Shown here: positions 20,941 through 29,677 of the stretch, piece by piece
Layout: every line of letters begins with the position of its first letter
How positions within the stretch are numbered: the stretch's first letter is position 1
Assembly (NCBI GenBank): GCA_039024555.1
Contig: JBCCQQ010000013.1
Location: 32,001-96,000, forward strand
Length of the DNA stretch: 64,000 nt
Reading direction: 5' to 3'
Source: Cyanobacteria bacterium P01_D01_bin.156
Lineage (GTDB): Bacteria; Cyanobacteriota; Cyanobacteriia; Phormidesmidales; Phormidesmidaceae
The notes under the pieces: generated by a model
Seen by the model: the letters and a program-made list of their open reading frames with translations, nothing else
What the model was told of the DNA's origin: nothing
Databases searched by the model: none
Made by a program: the position numbers and the translations under genes

Positions 20941-21000
20941 ACCTTTTTTTTCCTTTAAATACCGTTTTTGTACTTAAAATTACCCTAAATTACCGGTTTT
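20941..21000 (-). promoter_or_regulatory. Six-unit 10-bp-period array of the (C/G/A)GGTA-type motif on the minus strand
   Basis: Minus strand reads AACCGGTAAT TTAGGGTAAT TTTAAGTACA AAAACGGTAT TTAAAGGAAA AAAAAGGT. Confidence 0.55.
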
Positions 21001-21046
21001 TGCTGTACTGTTTGAATTGACAAGTTTATTGGAGGACCGGTTTGTT

Positions 21047-21202
21047 ATGGATAACAACCAAACTGATACATCGGCTAAAGTAGTATGCCAACATAAGCCT
21101 GGAGATGTATGGGCAGATGGTTGCTGTACATCACGTTCAAAAGAAACTAACGAGGCAAAAGCGGGCTCGTTAAGTAAATCTCAGAATGCTACACAAGAGT
21201 AA
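21047..21202 (+). CDS. Small hypothetical protein (51 aa, Cys/His-containing)
   Basis: GGAGG at 21031, ATG at 21047; CQHKPGDVWADGCC; directly downstream of the phased array. Confidence 0.5.
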   Translation: MDNNQTDTSAKVVCQHKPGDVWADGCCTSRSKETNEAKAGSLSKSQNATQE

Positions 21203-21353
21203 ATTACTATATTTGTAGCGTTTGTGTGTCTGTAGATGTCTTATATCCGTACGTAGGTCCAGGTGTCTGTTTCTCAGATTTCTGGACCTTTAAGTATGGC
21301 GCGATTGCAAAACCAATGATCAATATTGCTGCAATAATTTGCACCTCACCCTC

Positions 21354-21423
21354 AGGCTCCGCCTGCTGCTAGTCAGGTGGCAGAGCCACCGCACCCGTTT
21401 ACCAGGCAGAGCCTGTGCACCAG
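21354..21423 (+). repeat. Partial cyanobacterial REP/MITE-like element (AGGCTCTGCCT / AGGCAGAGCCT family)
   Basis: AGGCTCCGCCTG..CAGGTGGCAGAGCC..CCAGGCAGAGCCTGTGCACCAG; related copy at 22588-22648. Confidence 0.55.
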
Positions 21424-21473
21424 TTCAGGGGCCTTTCACCTAGATATTAACGTCCAACCACAGCCCGCTAACG

Positions 21474-21580
21474 ATGGCCAGAGATGTTTTCCATAAGCAG
21501 GTCAAAAACGCCCTGATCAAAGATGGATGGCACATTACCCACGCTCAATATCCCATCCGCATCAGCAATGGATAAACTAA
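21474..21580 (+). pseudogene. xisH: xisH remnant (large internal deletion)
   Basis: MARDVFHKQVKNALIKDGWHITH matches the XisH N-terminus; it joins directly to CAA TGG ATA AAC TAA (QWIN*), a typical XisH C-terminus overlapping the xisI ATG. Confidence 0.75.
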
Positions 21581-21903
21581 CTCAGTATCAAAATGCGATC
21601 AAACAAATCTTGAGCGATCATGTCGGCACCTCTCCATCAACCGATACCGTCCAAAACCAGCTTATCTTTGATGATGAAAGAGGACATTACCAGCTAATCT
21701 ACGTTGGCTGGTAAGATAAAAAGAGAGTCTTTGGCCCCGTTTTACACTTTGATATTCAAGACGGCAAAATCTGGGTTCAACACAACGGCACAGAAGACCC
21801 TATTGCCCAGCAGTTACTCGCCTTAGGTGTTCCAGAGTCCGATATTGTTCTCGGCTTCCATTCAGAGTTTAAACGTCAATTCACTCCTTATGCAGTGAGA
21901 TAA
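21568..21903 (+). pseudogene. xisI: xisI with in-frame premature stop (TAA at 21712)
   Basis: MDKLTQYQ..IFDDERGHYQLIYVGW*DKKRVFGPVLHFDIQDGKIWVQHNGTE..GVPESDIVLGFH..TPYAVR*. Confidence 0.85.
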
Positions 21904-21931
21904 TGATCAAACTAGTGAGATAACGATCAAA

Positions 21932-22498
21932 CTAAGGAAACAACCCTTCCAATTCCAAAACACAATCCCCCATCGGCAACGCCACCGTTTCCGTCGCCAA
22001 ATACGTCAGCTTTTGCCGATAGCCATACTCCCCCTGACTATCCCCATAGGGCTCACGGTAAACCTCCAACTGCTGATTCACCAAATTAAAAATCCAATAG
22101 TGCCCCACACCCGACTCCGCATACAGCGATAGCTTTGTCCCCCGGTCATAGGCCAGGGTCGAATCCGAAACCTCCATCACCACCCAACAATCCCCTGGCC
22201 CCGGATGCCCCACCAAATAATCATCTTGCCGATACTGAGCCACCACCACATCCGGTGATGGCTCACTCTGGTCAGATAGCGTAACCGGCTCCTGCCCCCG
22301 TACCGTTACCCGGTCTCCTAGCAACAAAATCAGCCGCCGCACCAACCGCGTATTGCACACAGAATGGGGCGTACGCTTGGGAGACATTTCGATTAGTTCA
22401 CCCCGAATTAACTCAACCGGCCCATCGTCAAAGAAACCCAGCTCACCCAACCGGTGAAACTCGTCCGTTGTAAATCGCTTGACCGATACAGCAACCAT
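21932..22498 (-). CDS. Uma2 family endonuclease (DUF820)
   Basis: RFTTDEFHRL, VELIRGELIEMSP, SEPSPDV, EVSDSTLAYDRGTKLSLYA..G..YWIFNL. Confidence 0.92.
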   Translation of the reverse strand: MVAVSVKRFTTDEFHRLGELGFFDDGPVELIRGELIEMSPKRTPHSVCNTRLVRRLILLLGDRVTVRGQEPVTLSDQSEPSPDVVVAQYRQDDYLVGHPGPGDCWVVMEVSDSTLAYDRGTKLSLYAESGVGHYWIFNLVNQQLEVYREPYGDSQGEYGYRQKLTYLATETVALPMGDCVLELEGLFP

Positions 22499-22587
22499 CT
22501 CTAGACCTTTGACACAGTTCTAATATAGCGTCTCAGATCGCCACAGGATTATCCCCTTGCCTGCACCCTCGATCATCCACACCAACC

Positions 22588-22648
22588 CTGGTGCCCAGTC
22601 TGCGCTTGCGCGCCCCCGCGCTAGGCTCTGCCTGCTAACCAGGTGGCA
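22588..22648 (+). repeat. Partial REP/MITE-like element, complementary half to 21354-21423
   Basis: CTGGTGCCCAG...AGGCTCTGCCTGCTAACCAGGTGGCA. Confidence 0.5.
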
Positions 22649-22674
22649 ATCGGCCCATCGTCATCCCAGATCCC

Positions 22675-22797
22675 GTAGGGGCATCCCCTTGTGGGTGCCC
22701 TCGATAACCAACCCACGCTAACCCATCCGACCATCCATTCAACAATCGGCCTATATCAATCTGATCGAGGGGGTAAGCACAAGGCAATTACCCCTAC
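22675..22797. repeat. GTAG-type REP pair (inverted)
   Basis: GTAGGGGCATCCCCTTGTGGGTGCCC ... GGGGTAAGCACAAGGCAATTACCCCTAC. Confidence 0.6.
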
Positions 22798-22800
22798 ACA

Positions 22801-24594
22801 TCAATACTCCGCCAGCAGCGTCCCCAAATAATCAAACCCATCTACCCCAATCCAATGAATCACCTGCCGCCGCTGCCCCTGTAGCACCCGCTCAAACCCC
22901 TCCTTCCCCAGCTCTCCCGAAATTACCCGCAACAACCCCGCCCCCTGCCGCCATTCCGACGACCCAATCTGATGCAACAAATACATCCCTAACGCCCCGT
23001 ACAGCACTGCCGCCTCTACATTCTCTAACGCCCGCTGCGCCTCCGCCAAATACGTACAGGTCACCCCCTGCAAATACACATTCCCCGCTGCCTGGGTCAG
23101 CGGCAAGGCCTTTTCCAACGTTTCAATTGCCAACCCCGACTGCCCCGAAATACTGTAAGCAATGCCCATACTGTTATAGGCCAACGCCTTGCTCTGAAAA
23201 TCCCCCAGCGTTTCTGCCAGTTCTCGGCCTCGCTCCAAATAGCCAATCGCCTGCTCGTACACCGACAGATCCGGTGTATCCATATCCCGAGCTGCAAACA
23301 CCTCACTGTAGCCATAGTTCACCAGGGCATTGGCCTCCCCCGGCCTATCCCCCTGCTGCCGCGCCATAATCAACGCCCGCTGGCTAAAGTTCTTAGCTTC
23401 GCCATAATTTTTCTGCAGCACATGCACCCGCGCCAGATGGTTAAAGCTGGCAATCACACAGGGCTGGTCCCCTGCTTCCGTAGCAATCTCTAACGCTTCC
23501 TGATGAAACTCTAGAGCCTGCTCGTACCGCCCCAATGTCCGTTGGGAATATCCCAGTAACGTTAGCAGTCGTGCCTTCTCTTGAGTTCCTGGCACTTGCT
23601 TCAGTGGCTCCCCAAAGTAGTCCAGCGTATCCTGCAAATATCCACCATCAAAAGCGGCAAACACACCGCCATACAAGGGAAAATCATCCCGCTGGGCAAA
23701 GCTACGCAGGCTGTGCTGCATCAGCTGAAATGACCCACGACTCAGATAAGGTCGACTAAAGCCCTGGGCTAAGCTGGCCTCAATGCTGGCAAAAATCAAA
23801 AATGTGGAATAGGAAAGTTTTTTACCCAGATTTATGTTGTAAGGCTGTTGATCAAACCACTTCACTAAGCCCTGTTTCAGGTAGTGGAGCAAGATTGCCA
23901 GCTGCACCCAGCTACTCTCATCCAGCCGACTCCAGCCTCTTGCCAGCTCTGTCACCGATTCTCCTTTTGCCAACACATCAAAAAGTTGTTGTGGAACAGC
24001 AAAATCTACCCGCTTTGCCCAATATTGCCAAGGACCTCGTCGCTTTTCTGAGCCAAAGCCAATGTCTCTACCACCGGCTTCGTACATCCAGCTCACTAAC
24101 TCTCCTTCCAAATTTTGAAAAGCGGCTAATCCTGAAACAATACCTTTACTCAAAGTCTCATTACCCTCAGCTTCTAGAGACGTTGCCAACTGTTTCAATT
24201 GGTCTCGCGTGGGTGGCTGTTCTTGATTTGGGTCCAACAGTTTGAGCAGGGTGTCGAGCTGTTCTTCTCCAGTAGCCTCAGAAATTTGAGCCGTTACTGT
24301 CGACACTTTTTCCTCGACCTGCCGTGCCTTTTGCAAGTTGGCCCATTCTCCCTCTACCATTTGTAGGGCACGCACAATACGAGGCCCCTTGAAGGAGGTA
24401 TTCTGCTCCGCTGCCTGCATCCGCTCTGCTAAACAGCGTTCAAAAATTTCTCCTGTACCTGTGGCCAATCCTTGGTCTAGCTGTCGATATACCTGGGCCT
24501 TAGAGCGAATCTTACCTTTGAGGGTGGCCTGGATTAGGCTGTCAATTAGCTCAGAGCATTGGGCTACGACGGAATCGCCAGAATTATGCGCCAT
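22801..24594 (-). CDS. Tetratricopeptide repeat protein (conserved cyanobacterial type)
   Basis: C-terminal TPRs (LGRYEQALEFHQEALEIA..GD, ALAYNSMG); N-terminal LKGKIRSKAQVY. Confidence 0.85.
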   Translation of the reverse strand: MAHNSGDSVVAQCSELIDSLIQATLKGKIRSKAQVYRQLDQGLATGTGEIFERCLAERMQAAEQNTSFKGPRIVRALQMVEGEWANLQKARQVEEKVSTVTAQISEATGEEQLDTLLKLLDPNQEQPPTRDQLKQLATSLEAEGNETLSKGIVSGLAAFQNLEGELVSWMYEAGGRDIGFGSEKRRGPWQYWAKRVDFAVPQQLFDVLAKGESVTELARGWSRLDESSWVQLAILLHYLKQGLVKWFDQQPYNINLGKKLSYSTFLIFASIEASLAQGFSRPYLSRGSFQLMQHSLRSFAQRDDFPLYGGVFAAFDGGYLQDTLDYFGEPLKQVPGTQEKARLLTLLGYSQRTLGRYEQALEFHQEALEIATEAGDQPCVIASFNHLARVHVLQKNYGEAKNFSQRALIMARQQGDRPGEANALVNYGYSEVFAARDMDTPDLSVYEQAIGYLERGRELAETLGDFQSKALAYNSMGIAYSISGQSGLAIETLEKALPLTQAAGNVYLQGVTCTYLAEAQRALENVEAAVLYGALGMYLLHQIGSSEWRQGAGLLRVISGELGKEGFERVLQGQRRQVIHWIGVDGFDYLGTLLAEY

Positions 24595-24683
24595 AGGTCA
24601 GGAAATACAGCAAAGAAAATTCTTTCCTAGGATAGCGATAGAACGACGACCAAGGGTGATTCAACCCCTGTTTTTTAAGCATA

Positions 24684-24699
24684 GGTGATCTGCGTCACA
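24684..24699. promoter_or_regulatory. Possible CRP-family binding site
   Basis: GGTGA-N6-TCACA, one mismatch to TGTGA-N6-TCACA; a weaker site TGTGA-N6-TCGCT lies at 24936-24951. Confidence 0.35.
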
Positions 24700-25437
24700 A
24701 CTTGATTTCTTTTTGGGGTTTAGAAGGCGCTCTCCCTAAAGGTGTGAGCTACGTAGTGTATCGATGTCAAAAAACATACGAGGATCTACGGAGTTTTCTT
24801 AAGGTTGCATACGCTAGCCAAAACATTTGCCTGGAATAAAAACACGGGAGACTTTCGATAATTCTCTAATCTATCTGTCTGTAAGGCTTGCAATTAAATT
24901 CACAAGCACTTTGGTATCAGAAACTACTTAGCCAATGTGATCGAGATCGCTTATGGCCTAGAAGTTTTTCAATATCCCTAAAATTTTCTACATCCTAGAC
25001 AAGGCAATAATCTCAGCCGGATAGGCAGCTATTTTTTGTGGGTAATGTCATGCTCTTCTTAAAAATATGTTGCAGCTATTGTTTCTAATTGCTAAGGTGT
25101 GACCCATGAATTGTTTGTGATGCCGTTTGAAATGATCACCTGCGCATCATGGCAAGAGCATGTCCACGTCAAAGTCTATTGGTATTTTCTGAACGGCTCT
25201 GATTGTTAGTGATAGTCTTCCTGAATGGTCCTGCCGTTGAGCATTGTTCAGGTAATCGCTTCCTTGATTAGGGATTCTATGTTCTGGAGGTTGGGCATGA
25301 AGATCGTTCACTGAACAATTCAGCCACCTCAGTAAAGTCTCATTTCTATTTCAACAGTCATCTGAAGTTTTGTGCAGCTATAGGTTTTGGGCTGATTGGT
25401 ATGGCCCATGGCTAATATTGCCTGGAGATTTTTTACT

Positions 25438-26247
25438 ATGGATATGAAAGGAAAGACAGCCCTGGTTACAGGGGCTTCACGGGGTATTGGCCGTGCGATC
25501 GCAATTGAATTAGCAAGACAAGGAGCCAGCTACATTCTCCTCATTGCTCGCAATCTACAAAACCTACGCGAGGTTGCGACAGAAATTAATCGATATGGTG
25601 CCCAGGCCATACCTCTATCGGTAGATCTCACAGAATCAACGGCAGTCAACATCATTGTTGCCCAAGCCTGGAAAGACTATGGTCCATTTGATCTGTTGGT
25701 AAATTGCGCTGGCATTGCTTACCAATCCAGTTTCCTGAAAACACCTCTAAGAAATGCCCATGCAGAGCTGTCTACCAACCTAATGGGGTTATATACCGTA
25801 ACCTGGCTCGTAGGCCGTCGTATGGCCGCTCGCCGCCAGGGTACCATTGTCAACGTATCTAGCCTAATGGGCAAGATGGCCGCCCCGACAATGGCCACTT
25901 ACTCTGCCACCAAATTTGCCATTGTCGGGTTTACCCAAGCCCTTCGCCATGAGTTAGCACCCCATCGGGTACGTGTGGTAACCCTATTACCATCCCTGAC
26001 CGATACGGATATGGCACAACAGCTTGATCGCTTTCGCTGGGTTCTTCCCCTTACGACTGAACAAGTTGCTCAAGGTCTCATGGTGGGTCTAAAGTCTCGA
26101 CACTCAGAAATAACGATTGGCTGGCAAAGCCATCTAGCTCTGTTGTTTCAACGATTTCTGCCCCAAGCGATGGATAAACTTATTGGTTGGTCTGCTTTAG
26201 GAACTCTGCAGCCAACACCCATAGCTGCATCATCAAAAAACACATAA
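25438..26247 (+). CDS. SDR family NAD(P)-dependent oxidoreductase
   Basis: TGASRGIG, NCAG, catalytic YSATK. Confidence 0.92.
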   Translation: MDMKGKTALVTGASRGIGRAIAIELARQGASYILLIARNLQNLREVATEINRYGAQAIPLSVDLTESTAVNIIVAQAWKDYGPFDLLVNCAGIAYQSSFLKTPLRNAHAELSTNLMGLYTVTWLVGRRMAARRQGTIVNVSSLMGKMAAPTMATYSATKFAIVGFTQALRHELAPHRVRVVTLLPSLTDTDMAQQLDRFRWVLPLTTEQVAQGLMVGLKSRHSEITIGWQSHLALLFQRFLPQAMDKLIGWSALGTLQPTPIAASSKNT

Positions 26248-26958
26248 CAAACCTTACAAAAATAATCTCTTTAAAGCCCTTCTAGAAATTGTTTCTATAT
26301 TTTCTTCTCAAGGCTGGAGCTGCAATCTTGTCTTGAGAAGAAAACACCCTGCTCAGCAATGATTTCAACTTTAGTCAATACCTGAGCCCCTATAGTTTTC
26401 AAAGAGATAATGTATGGGGGCAAAGACACCCGTAAATTCTTGCTGAAAGAGGTAATAATTTGACGTTAAATTAGTTGAGTTAGCAAGGTCTATCAGTGAG
26501 TTTGTTATTACTGCTTAACAACTGTTCTTTTTGATTGATTTAATAGCCGGTTTTTTGATTGATTTTTAACTTATTTAAATAATCGGTAATGACTATAGAG
26601 CATCCTTTTTTACAGTTGGGTGGTTATACTGGTAGGGTATATCACCCCCTGTATAAGGCTTCGTAGTTACGAGCACGAATAGATAATTGATGATAAGGAT
26701 TACAGTCTAAGACTTGCCTAGTAGCCGTCCTGATTCATGAACGTCGATTCGGAAAATCATTATGGGGTTTGGATTGCTCTCTATGAGATAGGAAAAGCGT
26801 TTTTGTGGTTTTCCTGCTGTATGTCTAGAGCGATTCTTACTATCACTTTGATGAAGTGTTCCAAATGTGATGTTGAGGCTACGCTTAGTTTCAATGTTGC
26901 GCATACAGGTCCCATGACCTAATTGAATAGGCTTTATGCCGGGATTGTTGTTAAGTAG

Positions 26959-27654
26959 GTGACGAATGCCATGGTTGATGTGAAAGCTCCTCCTCCGAGG
27001 GATTACATTAACGTCATGGAACTTTTGGTGGCAGAAGAGGTAGAGCAACAGCTGCGCCAGCTACCAACGCGTGTTCTTAAGTATGTTAAAGCTGTTGAGG
27101 TTGAGACCTATGCCTTAAATCGGCTGCCATCGCTGTATGCAGCTAGCGAAAAGGGCTGGCAGTCTCAATATCAAAAGGCCAAACGTGAGCTGCATAAAGA
27201 GATTAGAAGTTCGGTTAGACAAGCGATCGCAGCTGTACAGATAGATCCGCTACGAGCCTCTCAGCCGCTGGCACGTCAGTGGTCGCCTTCTAGCCCGAAT
27301 GGTGCATTGTTAGAACAGTTTCGGGCAGCTTTAGGGCAGCCAAATCTAACGTGGGAATCACTATTGCGCAAATGCAAGCGTGCTGGAGCTGCGCAACAAG
27401 CCACCATGCATCAATCCCATCATCAAAACTCTTCACTGCAATATTCTGCAGGCCATGGGGCGAATGATCACCCGGCAGCAGTATCCGAGACGAGCTATGC
27501 TCAACCCCATCAGCCGGAGCACCATGGCACTGTATGGCGTCCGGGTACTTATGGTGAGACCTCCTGGCATCCCAAGCGAAACCATGGGTATCGAGCACCT
27601 AAGCCGCCCTCGGTTTCGGAGAACTATGACTGGAACGATTCTCGGTATCGATAG
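26959..27654 (+). CDS. Late competence development ComFB family protein
   Basis: YINVMELLVAEEV..YALNRLP.LYA.SEKGW..AIAAVQ.DPLR. Confidence 0.85.
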   Translation: MTNAMVDVKAPPPRDYINVMELLVAEEVEQQLRQLPTRVLKYVKAVEVETYALNRLPSLYAASEKGWQSQYQKAKRELHKEIRSSVRQAIAAVQIDPLRASQPLARQWSPSSPNGALLEQFRAALGQPNLTWESLLRKCKRAGAAQQATMHQSHHQNSSLQYSAGHGANDHPAAVSETSYAQPHQPEHHGTVWRPGTYGETSWHPKRNHGYRAPKPPSVSENYDWNDSRYR

Positions 27655-27766
27655 ACCTCGCTCTACACTGCATAAAATTCTTCTTAAATTCCAGGCCATA
27701 GCCATGAGTCCATCGAATGGATACGCTTATTCGATGGGCTCATAGTTGCTGACTTAGTGACATAAC

Positions 27767-29155
27767 CTAGTCGCCTAACATGGCTTGGGCCTTAGCTAAG
27801 GCCTGTCGAACTTGCTCAAATCCAGTACCACCGAAGCTATTGCGGGCGGCGACCACCTGCTGAGGGGAAATGGCCGTGTAAATGTCCTCTTCAAAAGCAG
27901 GATGCATTGCTTTCCACTCGTCTAAGGTCAAGTCCTTCAGCAGTTTGCCAGCTGCTAGAGATGTTTTCACAACGGGACCCACTAAATTGTAAGCATCCCG
28001 GAATGGAACGCCCTTCGCGGCCAAATAGTCTGCCACATCCGTTGCATTGGACAAGTCACTGGCCACTGCTTCTGCTAGCCGTTGGGGACGAAACTCCATG
28101 CCGTGATTCAGCAAAATGGTCATAGCCTGCACACAGGCTTGCACAGTTTTAACTGTGTCAAACAGGGCTTCTTTGTCTTCTTGTAAATCCTTGTTATAGG
28201 CCAAAGGTAGCCCCTTCATCATGGTCAATAAACCTTGCAAATGGCCAAACACCCGACCGGTCTTACCGCGTACTAACTCAGGAACGTCGGGGTTTTTCTT
28301 TTGGGGCATAATGCTGGAGCCAGTAGAGCAGCTATCGGTGAGGCTCACAAACCGGAATTCTTCTGATGCCCAAAAAATGACTTCCTCTGCTAAGCGCGAC
28401 AGGTGCACCATGATGATGCTGACAGCCCCTGTAAACTCAATGGCAAAGTCGCGATCGCTAACGGCATCTAGACTGTTGGCATAAACTCGCTCAAATCCTA
28501 ACTGCTCTGCCGTGTACTGACGGTCAATGGGGAATGTGGTCCCTGCTAGGGCACCTGCCCCTAAGGGGGAAATATTAACGCGCTTAGCGACATCCTCAAG
28601 ACGTTCATAGTCACGTTGGATCATCTCCACATAGGCCAGCAGATGGTGGGCCAAACTTAACGGCTGGGCCCGCTGCAAGTGGGTATAGCCAGGAATTAGG
28701 GTTTCTACATGATTAGCCGCGTGGGCTAATAGGGCCTTTTGAAACTCCCGCAGTAGTGATTGAGTTATTTGTATTTGCGATCGCAAATACAGCCTAATAT
28801 CTGTCCCGACCTGGTCATTCCGGGAGCGACCTGTATGCAATTTCTTTCCTAAAGGCCCCAACAGCTCCGTCAGCCGGCGCTCTACTGCAAAGTGGACATC
28901 TTCTTGATCCACACCAGGAGTAAATGTTCCCTGTCGATATTCCTGACGAATAGTCTCTAAACCATCCACTAGCTGCTGCCCCTCAGCCGCCGAAATTATC
29001 CCCACTTTGGCGAGCATTTTGGCATGGGCCTGGGACCCAGTCAGATCATATTCAATCAGCGCAATATCAAACCCAATGCTGGCATTGAACTCAGCAATAA
29101 ACGGATGCAAACCAGCATCAAACCGCTGGCTCCATGGTGTGGACGACGTACTCAA
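27767..29155 (-). CDS. argH: Argininosuccinate lyase
   Basis: [21 protein letters not shown], signature [12 protein letters not shown]. Confidence 0.97.
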   Translation of the reverse strand: MSTSSTPWSQRFDAGLHPFIAEFNASIGFDIALIEYDLTGSQAHAKMLAKVGIISAAEGQQLVDGLETIRQEYRQGTFTPGVDQEDVHFAVERRLTELLGPLGKKLHTGRSRNDQVGTDIRLYLRSQIQITQSLLREFQKALLAHAANHVETLIPGYTHLQRAQPLSLAHHLLAYVEMIQRDYERLEDVAKRVNISPLGAGALAGTTFPIDRQYTAEQLGFERVYANSLDAVSDRDFAIEFTGAVSIIMVHLSRLAEEVIFWASEEFRFVSLTDSCSTGSSIMPQKKNPDVPELVRGKTGRVFGHLQGLLTMMKGLPLAYNKDLQEDKEALFDTVKTVQACVQAMTILLNHGMEFRPQRLAEAVASDLSNATDVADYLAAKGVPFRDAYNLVGPVVKTSLAAGKLLKDLTLDEWKAMHPAFEEDIYTAISPQQVVAARNSFGGTGFEQVRQALAKAQAMLGD

Positions 29156-29318
29156 ATTGCAAAGGCTCCTAGCGAATCAAACCACCAGCGTACTAGCATA
29201 AGCGAGTCCAGTGATGAATTAGGCGTTGCTGATTCTCTAAATGACTGTATCGATACTATCCAGACCTACAGATAGTTAAGTTGATCGTTTTATCATCTAG
29301 ATCAGCAACGGTATCAAC

Positions 29319-29552
29319 CTAGTAGGTAGTCATACCTCGAATCGCATAGCCCAAAACGATACCAATCAGCAATGCCCAAACCTGGCCGGACTCAATAAAA
29401 TTTCCGATAATCTCTCCAGACCGATCAAAAAAGCTATTTTCATCTAGCTGCAGCACGACAGGGCTGGTTACTACTGCTGTTTGCTGAGGCAGAAACGAAA
29501 CAGCAGCCACATTAACGTCGCTGGTAGACGTGAAAGACATATCAATATCCAT
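29319..29552 (-). CDS. Small membrane protein, hypothetical
   Basis: NFIESGQVWALLIGIVLGY, a conserved-looking cyanobacterial motif. Confidence 0.6.
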   Translation of the reverse strand: MDIDMSFTSTSDVNVAAVSFLPQQTAVVTSPVVLQLDENSFFDRSGEIIGNFIESGQVWALLIGIVLGYAIRGMTTY

Positions 29553-29677
29553 GAGAGCTATTAAACGTAGTGACTAAATAACGGGGAGCAATCCGATCAT
29601 TGCACTACGACCCAATAACATCAAGCTATGGCTGACTATGTCTGAAGACAATCGTGGCTAATTAAAAGCACAAAGCT

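Noticed and set aside
21474..21903. An fdxN-type excision element implied by xisH/xisI
   Set aside because: No recombinase or interrupted gene nearby; xisHI pairs are commonly scattered in cyanobacterial genomes.
21932..23500. Strong C-rich bias on the + strand
   Set aside because: Explained by G-rich codon usage of minus-strand genes; no clear boundary or mobile element supports more.
26707..27048. ORFs 26737-26922 (+) and 26707-27048 (-)
   Set aside because: No recognisable motif or RBS, and the minus ORF overlaps the ComFB gene; not supportable.
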